Below, in pieces: positions 17,584 through 25,396 of a DNA stretch of 39,264 bases. How positions within the stretch are numbered: position 1 is the stretch's first letter; the number at the start of each line of letters is the position of its first letter. The notes under the pieces were generated by a model. The model saw only the letters and a list, made by a program, of their open reading frames with translations. It made no database searches and was not told the DNA's origin. Source of the DNA: an uncultured Victivallales bacterium (GTDB lineage: Bacteria > Verrucomicrobiota > Kiritimatiellia > UBA8416 > SLMC01); NCBI GenBank assembly GCA_964646045.1, contig CAZYAW010000162.1, positions 1 through 39,264 of the forward strand, in the 5' to 3' direction. The position numbers were made by a program, and so were the translations under genes.

Positions 17584-17954
17584 CGGCCCGGGATAACACT
17601 GAAACGACGAATGTGCTCGATGCGAATGGCCACCTTGCCGAACGACGTCGCCAGATCGATTCTTTCCACGGCGATGGATCCGGTGATCCGGTCGCCGTTT
17701 TGCAGGCCCAGGGCGACGGTTGCGCGATCCTCGCCGATCTTGACGGTTCGGATCTGCGCCAGCGGGATCTCCATCCTGGCGTAGACGGTCCGTACCGCTA
17801 TCGAGGCAAGCGCGGCCGTGCCGACGACGCGCGAGCCGTCCACAAGGTCAAGGTCAAGACGGGTCGGCCCCGGAACCGCCGGCTCTTCCGCCCTCGAAGT
17901 TCCGGCAGACGTCAGGCAGGCCACTACGGCAAAACACACCATCTTTATTTTCAT
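17508..17954 (-). CDS. Secreted hypothetical protein with two tandem beta-rich repeats, possibly C-terminally truncated
   Basis: Signal peptide; repeats LVDGSRVVG...RTVYARMEIPLAQIRTV and LQNGDRITG...ATSFGKVAIRIEHIRRF; GGAGG RBS; last ~25 codons are antisense to phoR. Confidence 0.6.
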   Translation of the reverse strand: MKIKMVCFAVVACLTSAGTSRAEEPAVPGPTRLDLDLVDGSRVVGTAALASIAVRTVYARMEIPLAQIRTVKIGEDRATVALGLQNGDRITGSIAVERIDLATSFGKVAIRIEHIRRFSVIPGRQQPETGGVSGFSGRCRRNTLPWPI

Positions 17955-18661
17955 CTCACCCTCCTTGAACCTTTGGCCTGCAGCCGCAGGGCGCCAATGT
18001 GACCGTCCGGCAGAACGAAGCCGAAATCGGAAGCAACGGAACAGGAGCGCCCGTCCAGTTGCATGTCGAGATCCTGCCGGTTGTCGATGACCAGAGTCTT
18101 GACTGCGAGCGCCGTCGCCGTCCGTCGGTGCAGGCGCCGGATTCCAAGGTCGTCGACCGCCAGCGCGATCCTGACGATGGCGGGCGCCGAAGCGGAAACC
18201 TGTGTCTTGGCCAGATCGACATCCTCGAAAAGCACGCGTCGAATGGCGCCCGCGCCCTTGGAAAATCGCCAGTTGTTGATGGCGACCCCGGTACAGGCGA
18301 AAGGGTCGTGCTCCTGCCTGGGCGATCGGGCGGCGAGACAGACGCGGTTGGGGTCGCCGCCGCGCGGATTGCCGACATTGTTGGCGTCCCAGAGTCCGCC
18401 ACGCAGCGCAATATCGGCATTGCCGTTGCCGGGATTCGCGTTGGTGATCATGAAATTGCGACTGTGCCGGCCGACTCCGTCCGCAAGCCGGAAAACGGCG
18501 CCGGGTTCGGCGACGATCGACGTATTGGAGCAGACCTGGAGCGTGGCCCCCAGCCGATAGATTCCCGCCGGGATACGAACCTCGCCGGCTTGGTCCAGCG
18601 CCTGTTGCAGGAACGGCGCGGCATCCCGGCGGCCGTCGTTGATCTCCGTGAAATCACGCAT
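17951..18661 (-). pseudogene. Pectate-lyase-superfamily / GH28-related beta-helix protein, probably internally deleted
   Basis: N-terminus DAAPFLQQALD..GEVRIPAGIYRL...LQV.SNTSI..EPGAVFRL; GGAGG RBS; only 236 aa with most beta-helix rungs apparently missing. Confidence 0.5.
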
Positions 18662-18693
18662 TTCGAATGGTCCTCCCCTGAATATCCGTCGTC

Positions 18694-18722
18694 AATGTAG
18701 TCCAGCCGAGCCGGCGGCGCAA
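18694..18722 (-). promoter_or_regulatory. Putative sigma70 promoter for the beta-helix gene
   Basis: TTGCGC-17 nt-TACATT. Confidence 0.45.
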
Positions 18723-18801
18723 GTCGTATTTCCCGCTCTCTCGCGTTGTCGCTTTCCACGCTCATCGGACTTTCCGATCTCGGCGGGGGAGGAGGACTAT
18801 T

Positions 18802-18945
18802 ATTGGGTTGGAGTCGCAGGTCGGAACAGGCGGCCAGACCGACGAAGCGTTTTCGCGAAGTCGGGTTCCGCCTGTTTTGTTATCGCATAGGCAGGACACG
18901 TGTCGCCGTCTTGTCCACCGTAGCGCGTAGTGCGAAGGCGGAAGT
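18802..18945 (-). repeat. Intergenic repeat family 2, copy B, with nested hairpin
   Basis: Homologous to 1219-1323; extra hairpin CCGACGAAGCG-tttt-CGCGAAGTCGG (18839-18864) inside the AACAGGCGG/CCGCCTGTT stem. Confidence 0.8.
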
Positions 18946-19024
18946 TTCTTTACGAAAGATTCACTTCTTCCAGGATTAAAGGCGACAAGGCGGAGGCGAT
19001 CGGATAGTGTGCTTTCGATTGGGA

Positions 19025-19145
19025 GAGACTCTTGCAAAACCTGGCGGATCGGAACGCGCCCATAGCAGACGGGGCGTCCCGCCTCGTTAAAACGCGGCGA
19101 GACGTTGCGTCTACCATCAAGAATCGGGAGCATGGCAAGAGGTTC
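19025..19145. mobile_element. MITE-like family 1, copy C, carrying a different REP doublet
   Basis: Left end GAGACTCTTGCAAAACC; right end GCAAGAGGTTC (9/11 complementary to the left end); flanks ggga / gggt; internal inverted pair at 19065-19114. Confidence 0.55.
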
Positions 19146-19166
19146 GGGTCAAGAAAGGACGTTACG

Positions 19167-20408
19167 ATGAGCGCATCCCGTCGCCTGGTTTTCGGGCGTT
19201 ACGACTATGCCACCTTTTTAAGCTATTTTGTCTACGCCGCCGGCACGGTGGCGGTGCCGGTGACGCTGGTGGCGCTGTCGAAAGATCTCGGTTTCTCACT
19301 GGAGCACGGCGGCATGACGGCGGGCGGCGCACTGCATCTGATCCGCAGCATGGCCATCGTAGCGGCCATGCTGCTGTGCGGATTTGTCGCGGGCCGCACG
19401 GGCAAGCGTCTGGCCATGGGTCTGGCGGTTCTGCTGCTGGCGACGGGACTGGCCTTTTGCGCCATGGCGCCCTCCTATCCGGTATTGCTGCTGGCTCTGC
19501 TCCTGGCCGGGTTCGGGGAAGGCACGTTTGAAGGACTGGCCACGCCCTTCGTACACGACCTGCACCCGCAAGAATCCGGACGCTACATCAATTTCACGCA
19601 TTCGTTCTGGTCGGTAGGCGTTCTGGTGACGGTGCTGGCCGGCGGCTGGCTGCTGGCGGACAGCGGGTCGTGGCGTACGGCGATGGGCGCGGTATCCGCA
19701 CTGGCGTTCGTGGCCGCCCTATGGCTGCTGCTGCCGACGCGGACGCACGGTCACGCCCCGCCGGAAGACGAACCGGCGCCCTGGCGCAAGGTGGCCGGGC
19801 AAGCCAAGGCCATTATGCGCATGCCGCGTTTCTGGCTCTTTTTCGCGGCCATGTTCCTGGCCGGCGGCGGCGAATTCTGTCTGACGTACTGGAGCGCCAG
19901 CTATTTGCAGATCAACTTCGGGACCGGCGCCTTCGGCGGCGGCGCCGGCGTGGCCTGTTTTGCGGGCGGGATGATCCTGGGCCGCAGCGGATGGGGCTGC
20001 CTGATTCACCAGCAGCGCTTGAACCGGCTGGTGCTCTGTTCGGCGTTGGCGGGAACCGTCGTCACGTTCCTGCTGCCCTGGCAGACCCGTGCGGGCGGAC
20101 TGATGCTCCTGCTTTTTTTCGCGGGAATATGCACGGCCCCCTTCTGGCCCAGCATACAGAGCTATTCCGCCGACCGCCTGTCGGGAGCGGACAAGACGAT
20201 GCTGCTGATCATGCTCTCGTGCGCGGGGATCCCCGGTTGCGGATTCTTCACGTGGCTGATGGGCTTGATGGCCAACCGCTACGGCTTGCGACCGGCTTTT
20301 TTCCTGGTTCCCGGCTGCTATCTGGGCCTTGCCGCTCTCATGGCCGTCGATCGTCGTAGCCGTCAACGAATTCCACAAGGCGGGCTGTCGCCCGCAATTA
20401 CGGGTTGA
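19167..20408 (+). CDS. MFS transporter (FucP/TsgA-like sugar permease)
   Basis: About 12 TM helices; AGRTGKR loop motif; INFTHSFWSVG; AAAGGA RBS. Confidence 0.85.
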   Translation: MSASRRLVFGRYDYATFLSYFVYAAGTVAVPVTLVALSKDLGFSLEHGGMTAGGALHLIRSMAIVAAMLLCGFVAGRTGKRLAMGLAVLLLATGLAFCAMAPSYPVLLLALLLAGFGEGTFEGLATPFVHDLHPQESGRYINFTHSFWSVGVLVTVLAGGWLLADSGSWRTAMGAVSALAFVAALWLLLPTRTHGHAPPEDEPAPWRKVAGQAKAIMRMPRFWLFFAAMFLAGGGEFCLTYWSASYLQINFGTGAFGGGAGVACFAGGMILGRSGWGCLIHQQRLNRLVLCSALAGTVVTFLLPWQTRAGGLMLLLFFAGICTAPFWPSIQSYSADRLSGADKTMLLIMLSCAGIPGCGFFTWLMGLMANRYGLRPAFFLVPGCYLGLAALMAVDRRSRQRIPQGGLSPAITG

Positions 20409-20432
20409 CATAGCGGGAAATACGACTAGTAT
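20405..20432 (+). promoter_or_regulatory. Putative sigma70 promoter for the isomerase-kinase pair
   Basis: Perfect TTGACA, 16-nt spacer, TAGTAT. Confidence 0.45.
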
Positions 20433-20496
20433 GAATGGCTTTTGATCTCGGAACGATCCGAGTGCGTGCAACAACGAGTATGGCGACAAAACTGTT

Positions 20497-21930
20497 ATGA
20501 ACGCAATCCCATCCGCACCGACGCCCATTACGCCCGCTCAGATCGCCAGCCCGAAAAGCATGCCCCTGCCGAACATCAAGGCCGCTTTCGTAGGTTTTGG
20601 CGAAGTCAACACTCCGCGCGACATCGTGGAACGGCTCTGCGACGGAGCGCGCCAACGACTGGAACGTCAGAACATCGAACTGACCGCCAGCGCGCTGGTC
20701 AGCGACGACCCGGCCGGCCGCGAGGCGGCCCGGGCCTGCGCCGCGCTCGACGGCAAACCGTTCGACCTGCTGATCCTTTGTCTGGCCGGCTGGATTCCGT
20801 CCCATGCCGTCATGGCCGTGGCCGACCGCTATCGCCACAAACCCATGCTGCTCTGGGGTCTTTCCGGCTGGCAGGAAGGCGACCACTTCGTCACCGCCGC
20901 CGCCCAGGCCGGAACCACGGCGCTGCGCAAGCCGATGGCGGACATGGGCTATCGCTTCAAGTACGTGGTGGATCGCATGGGCGCAGAACCCGACGACACG
21001 AACCTGCTCGCGTTTGCGCGCGCCGCCCAGGCCGCCGCGCGTTTGCGCGGCGCCCGCATCGGCATGATGGGCTTTCGCGACATGAACCTCTACGGCACCC
21101 TGCACGACGGCGTCTCGCTGCGTTCGCGCATCGGACCCGAAGTGGAGACCTTCGAAATGCTCGAAGCCGTACAGATTATGGAACGGCTCGACCCGCAACA
21201 GGTGGCCGATCTTGTGGCGTCCGTCCGTCAGCGCTGGACGTTCGAGACGGAGGCGGCCGACGAAACGATCGCGCAGGCAGTACGGCTCTATCTGGCGGTA
21301 CACGCCAAAATCCGCGAAAGGGACTATGCCGCCGTCTCGCTGATCGATGTGGACGGCGTCAAGAAACTGCTCCACTTCCCGCCGGCCGCCGCCTTCATGC
21401 TGCTGCACGAGGAAGCCGATGTCTGCACCATTCCCGAGAACGACGCCATGGGCTCCGTCACACAACTGATGACGCGCTTCGTGACGGGCCAGGCGGCCGC
21501 CTACCTGGAATTCTACGAATTTTCCGATCGGACCCTGCTTATGGGCGTGCCGGACTATGTGCCGTCCGAAATCGTGGACGGACCGGTAATCGTGCGGCCG
21601 ACGGCCTTCGGCCGGCTTGGCGAGGGTCTGCTGAATCTCTCCAAGTTGCGCACGGGTCCGGTGACGCTGTGTCGCCTCTTCCATACGGGCAACCAATACG
21701 GCCTGCATCTGGTGCGAGGCGAAGCACGCCGTCCGCGGCGCTGGGAAGAAGCCGGCTGGCAGCCGCCGGCGCCGCTCCTGCCCAGCCTGGAAATCGAGCT
21801 GGCGGATACCACCGTGACTCAGTTCCAGCAGGGCGTGATGGGTCAACACTATATTCTCTCCTACGGCGACCATACTGCGGCACTGCGCGACCTCTGTGCG
21901 CTGCTGGGCGTCAGCGTGGTGACGCAATGA
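20497..21930 (+). CDS. L-fucose/L-arabinose isomerase family protein
   Basis: KPMLLWG, LRGARIGMMG, IPENDAMG (E/D metal ligands), GPVTLCRL, C-terminal GQHYILSYGD. Confidence 0.72.
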   Translation: MNAIPSAPTPITPAQIASPKSMPLPNIKAAFVGFGEVNTPRDIVERLCDGARQRLERQNIELTASALVSDDPAGREAARACAALDGKPFDLLILCLAGWIPSHAVMAVADRYRHKPMLLWGLSGWQEGDHFVTAAAQAGTTALRKPMADMGYRFKYVVDRMGAEPDDTNLLAFARAAQAAARLRGARIGMMGFRDMNLYGTLHDGVSLRSRIGPEVETFEMLEAVQIMERLDPQQVADLVASVRQRWTFETEAADETIAQAVRLYLAVHAKIRERDYAAVSLIDVDGVKKLLHFPPAAAFMLLHEEADVCTIPENDAMGSVTQLMTRFVTGQAAAYLEFYEFSDRTLLMGVPDYVPSEIVDGPVIVRPTAFGRLGEGLLNLSKLRTGPVTLCRLFHTGNQYGLHLVRGEARRPRRWEEAGWQPPAPLLPSLEIELADTTVTQFQQGVMGQHYILSYGDHTAALRDLCALLGVSVVTQ

Positions 21931-23060
21931 AATCCGGCCCCATGACAGATGCGACCGTGGCGGGATATCTTTGCATGGATCTACTGCCTCAAATGCGGAC
22001 GGGTGTCAACGTGTCGTCCTTTGCGGACCTGTTTCGGCCCGGCGCGCTTCTCGAAGTCGGTGAACTGGCTATGACGCTGGGCGGCGCGGTTCCCAATACC
22101 GGCCTGGCATTGCAGCGGTTCGGCAAGCGCGTCTTTCTGAACGGACTGGTCGGCCGCGACCGACTGGGCGACGTGGCGGCGGGGCTTCTGACCGCGCATG
22201 GCGCGCAAGCCGGACTGCGCCGCATGGACACGGCGGAAACCGCCTACGGCATTGTCATTGCGCCGCCCGGCCTGGACCGCATTTTTCTGGAATGCAGCGG
22301 ATGCAATCGTTTGTTTTCCTCGGCCGACATCGATTTCACGGCGGCGGGGAATAGTTGTATCTTTCATTTCGGGTACCCGCCCCTGATGGAGCGGATCTAT
22401 GCGGACGGCGGGGCGGATCTGGTACATATTCTGCAAACGGTACGGCAGCAGGGCGTGGCCACCTCGCTGGACATGACGCTGCCCGATCCCCATGCGCCGG
22501 CCGGCAAAGTGGACTGGGCCGCCTATCTGGCGCGCGTCTTGCCGCACACCGACATCTTCGTGCCCAGCGCGGAGGAACTGCTCTTTATGCTGGATCCGTT
22601 TCGCTATGTCCGCTGTCAAAGCGAGGCCGCCGCAGCCGGCTCGGATGTCGTCGTGTCTGAAACGCTCTGCGCGGAGCTGGCCCGCGCCTGTCTGCGGCTC
22701 GGTACGCGCATTGTCATGGTCAAAGACGGCGCGCGCGGCCTGCAGTTGGCCACCGGCGACTTGGCGCCTCTGCGCGGCAGCCGTTTGTCTTTGCCCGAAG
22801 ACGTCTGGAGCCACCGCGAGCTGCGCGTGGCGGCGGCGCCGGCCGACCCGCAACGGCTGGTCAACGCCTGCGGCGCCGGTGATGCGGCCATCGCCGGCTT
22901 CCTGGCCGCCCTGCTGGACGGCGCGACGCCGGAGCGCGCGGGAACCCTGGCCGCTCTGGCCGGTCGCGACAGTCTCTACGGCGGCAACACGCTCGACGGC
23001 CTGCGCGACTGGTCGGCTCTTTGCGCGGAAGCCGCCGTGCGGACCGCTCAGTCAGCTTAA
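21927..23060 (+). CDS. PfkB/ribokinase-family carbohydrate kinase
   Basis: GYLCMD, GGAVPNTG, GLVGRD, PSAEE, VKDGARG, NACGAGDAAIAGFL; ATGA overlap with the isomerase stop. Confidence 0.9.
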   Translation: MKSGPMTDATVAGYLCMDLLPQMRTGVNVSSFADLFRPGALLEVGELAMTLGGAVPNTGLALQRFGKRVFLNGLVGRDRLGDVAAGLLTAHGAQAGLRRMDTAETAYGIVIAPPGLDRIFLECSGCNRLFSSADIDFTAAGNSCIFHFGYPPLMERIYADGGADLVHILQTVRQQGVATSLDMTLPDPHAPAGKVDWAAYLARVLPHTDIFVPSAEELLFMLDPFRYVRCQSEAAAAGSDVVVSETLCAELARACLRLGTRIVMVKDGARGLQLATGDLAPLRGSRLSLPEDVWSHRELRVAAAPADPQRLVNACGAGDAAIAGFLAALLDGATPERAGTLAALAGRDSLYGGNTLDGLRDWSALCAEAAVRTAQSA

Positions 23061-23061
23061 A

Positions 23062-23106
23062 GCGGGCTACGCCCGCCTGTCTGTGTGCGGACACGCACAG
23101 GCAGGC
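23062..23106. terminator. Tandem GC-rich hairpins between convergent genes (terminator-like or REP-like)
   Basis: GCGGGC-tac-GCCCGC, then a 13-bp stem GCCTGTCTGTGTG / CGCACAGGCAGGC; no U-tract. Confidence 0.4.
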
Positions 23107-23123
23107 AAGCGATACGCCGGAGA

Positions 23124-23609
23124 TTAGGGCATCTTCCCCTGTCGCCGAATCTCGATGCGCCGCTCGTTCGGATCATCGAGCGGCGCCAGATGCACCCAGC
23201 AGGTGTTTTCCGGGAACAGGTCCGGAAAACGGTCGGCCCATTCGAACGCGGCCAGTCCTTCCGGATGCAGGCAGTCGTCAAGACCCAGCGTCTCGATATC
23301 GGCCCCGTTAGCGAGACGATAGAGATCGATATGCACGAGTGTACGCGGACCGTCGCCGTATTCGCGCACCAGCGCGAAGGTGGGGCTGGTAACCGGCTGT
23401 CGCAAGCCGAGCCCCGCAGCCAGACCTTGCGCAAAACAGGTCTTGCCGCTGCCCAGATTGCCGCACAGGGCCACGACCGCTCCGTTTTCAAGCTTCTGTG
23501 CCAGCGTACAAGCCACCGCCCGCGTCTCGCCCGGATCGCGCGCTACGCAAGACCAGGGGCGCCCGTCCGCCAAAAAGGCGGCCAACTCACTTGTTTTTGC
23601 GCTTGCCAT
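23124..23609 (-). CDS. tsaE: tRNA threonylcarbamoyladenosine biosynthesis ATPase TsaE
   Basis: GNLGSGKTCFAQG, VTSPTFALVREY, HIDLYRL, FEW. Confidence 0.93.
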   Translation of the reverse strand: MASAKTSELAAFLADGRPWSCVARDPGETRAVACTLAQKLENGAVVALCGNLGSGKTCFAQGLAAGLGLRQPVTSPTFALVREYGDGPRTLVHIDLYRLANGADIETLGLDDCLHPEGLAAFEWADRFPDLFPENTCWVHLAPLDDPNERRIEIRRQGKMP

Positions 23610-23874
23610 TCTTTTCGGGGATCCTCTCGTTTTCCTGCGCGACGTACCCGCCGCCGGAAGCGGGAAGCCGCAGAAAACCCGCGATGCCCGTCCAGAGCAG
23701 GCCAATCGTCAAAAGATTGAGGCCGAGCATGCGCGTGAAATCCCGGTATTCCGGCACACCCCGCTCCCAACGCCCGGCCGTCCAGGAGCCCATCCAGAGC
23801 AAGGCGCCCGTCAGAAACAAAGCGGTTCCGAACAGCATGCAGTTCTTGAGTTCCTTTTGTGAAAACCGCGACAT
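23587..23874 (-). CDS. Small hypothetical membrane protein (2 TM)
   Basis: AGGAG RBS; two hydrophobic segments; fills the gap within the operon. Confidence 0.5.
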   Translation of the reverse strand: MSRFSQKELKNCMLFGTALFLTGALLWMGSWTAGRWERGVPEYRDFTRMLGLNLLTIGLLWTGIAGFLRLPASGGGYVAQENERIPEKNGKRKNK

Positions 23875-23894
23875 TTCGTATTCTCCTTTGCGCC

Positions 23895-24581
23895 TCAGGG
23901 CATGGCGCCGCCCACGCGCAGAAAGCGCCGCTCGCCTTCGTACTCCAATTCCACTCCGTTTTTACGAATCGCGACGATTTTAACATCCTGCACCGTCTCG
24001 CCCACCGTGACGATCCTTCCGTTAATGAAACACGATCCGTTAGCGCCGATTCCGACAATGCCGTTGAGTTCCAACAAGGGCCAAATCGCTTTGCCGGCCC
24101 CGTCTTCGGCTACCAGCTCGACGGGAGCAGGCTCAACCGTCGAGCCGGGCTCGGCGGGCCGCACGGACGTCTTGTTCCCAGGCTCCGTTTCCGTTGGCGA
24201 CAAATCACCGGGCGGCGTGGACGGCGGAGACGACGGCATTGGCGACACTGGCGAAGGAGACGGTTGATCCTTTATTGTCGGTTTGAAACGATCCGGAAAC
24301 AACTCTTCGAGTGCGGGTCGCAAATGCCGAGAACCCACCCAGCCGATGCCGCCTAGCAGTAATAGCAGCAGAAAGACCTTGCCGGCTTTGCCGCCGCCTC
24401 CCGTCGCTTCCTTTTTCCGGGAACCCGCAGGATTCTTTTTTTGCGGCAGAGGCGGCGGGGGCGACTTAGGCGGCGCAGGCTCCGCCCGCGGTGCGGCCGT
24501 CGGAGTGGGCGCGCTGTCGACGACCGGCGCTTCACCGTTTTCCATTTGCTGACGCTTAAGCGCTTCCTGAATCAGACTCAT
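23895..24581 (-). CDS. GspB/ExeB-like protein
   Basis: MSLIQEALKR N-terminus, single TM, Pro-rich linkers, C-terminal LELNGI...CFING..V.VGE domain; ATGA-coupled to the ExeA-like gene. Confidence 0.7.
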   Translation of the reverse strand: MSLIQEALKRQQMENGEAPVVDSAPTPTAAPRAEPAPPKSPPPPLPQKKNPAGSRKKEATGGGGKAGKVFLLLLLLGGIGWVGSRHLRPALEELFPDRFKPTIKDQPSPSPVSPMPSSPPSTPPGDLSPTETEPGNKTSVRPAEPGSTVEPAPVELVAEDGAGKAIWPLLELNGIVGIGANGSCFINGRIVTVGETVQDVKIVAIRKNGVELEYEGERRFLRVGGAMP

Positions 24582-25390
24582 GATGCGTGCCCCTCCAATA
24601 GTTCGACCGCCCGCTTGACGTGACGGCCCTCCAGCGTGCGGGTTCCCGCGACATACCCGGCCATTAGCGCCCCGTCGCATACCGCGTTGATCAGACGGGG
24701 GCTGCCGCCGGCATAGCGATAAATCTCGCGCAGAGCCGACGACCTGAAATCAATCTCGCCGTCCGAACCCGCCACCGCCAAACGATGCCGCACATAGTCG
24801 TGCACATCCTCGCGCGTCAGCGGCGCCAAATGGTAGCGCACCGTTATGCGCTGACGCAACTGGCGCAGATCGGGACGATTCAGGCGCTGGTTCAGTTCCG
24901 GCTGGCCGCACAGGACAATCTGGATCAGCTTATGCTGATCCGTTTCCAGATTGGACAGCAAGCGAACCTGCTCCATCACTTCGGGCGAAAGATTCTGCGC
25001 CTCGTCGATCACCAGAGCTACATTGCTCCCTTCACTGTTTTTGCGCAACAGAAATTCGTTGAGAATTTCAATATAGGCCAGCCGGTCGCGCGCGGCGCTT
25101 TCCAGGCCGAAATCCTTGAGCATGGCGCGCAGAAGCTGCGTGCCGGAGAGAGAAGGATTGAGCAGCAGCGCCGTGGCGACCCGCTCGCCCAGTTGGGCCA
25201 ACACGGCCCGGCACAGCGTTGTTTTTCCGGAACCGACCTCGCCGGTGAACGCGACAAATCCTTTGCGGGCCTCGATCCCGTACAGCAAATGATCGAACGC
25301 GTCGCGATGCTGCGCCGTCCAGTGAATATAGCGCGGATCGGGCGTCAAATTGAACGGAAACTCTTGCAGGCCGTAGTGTTTCAGATACAT
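24578..25390 (-). CDS. exeA: ExeA/GspA-family AAA ATPase
   Basis: MYLKHYGL.E.PF.LTPDP, GEVGSGKTT, IDEAQNL, LSNLET, GQPEL, QLRQRI, PRLINAVCD. Confidence 0.85.
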   Translation of the reverse strand: MYLKHYGLQEFPFNLTPDPRYIHWTAQHRDAFDHLLYGIEARKGFVAFTGEVGSGKTTLCRAVLAQLGERVATALLLNPSLSGTQLLRAMLKDFGLESAARDRLAYIEILNEFLLRKNSEGSNVALVIDEAQNLSPEVMEQVRLLSNLETDQHKLIQIVLCGQPELNQRLNRPDLRQLRQRITVRYHLAPLTREDVHDYVRHRLAVAGSDGEIDFRSSALREIYRYAGGSPRLINAVCDGALMAGYVAGTRTLEGRHVKRAVELLEGHAS

Positions 25391-25396
25391 GCCGTT

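Noticed and set aside
18802-18835. tRNA-like fragment (GGAGTCGCAGGTCGGAAC)
   Set aside because: No cloverleaf or proper TTCGA T-loop; explained as part of repeat family 2.
20442-23060. 872-aa ORF suggesting an isomerase-kinase fusion or frameshift
   Set aside because: The upstream part is an Arg-rich off-frame read of the isomerase gene; the kinase has its own ATG at 21927.
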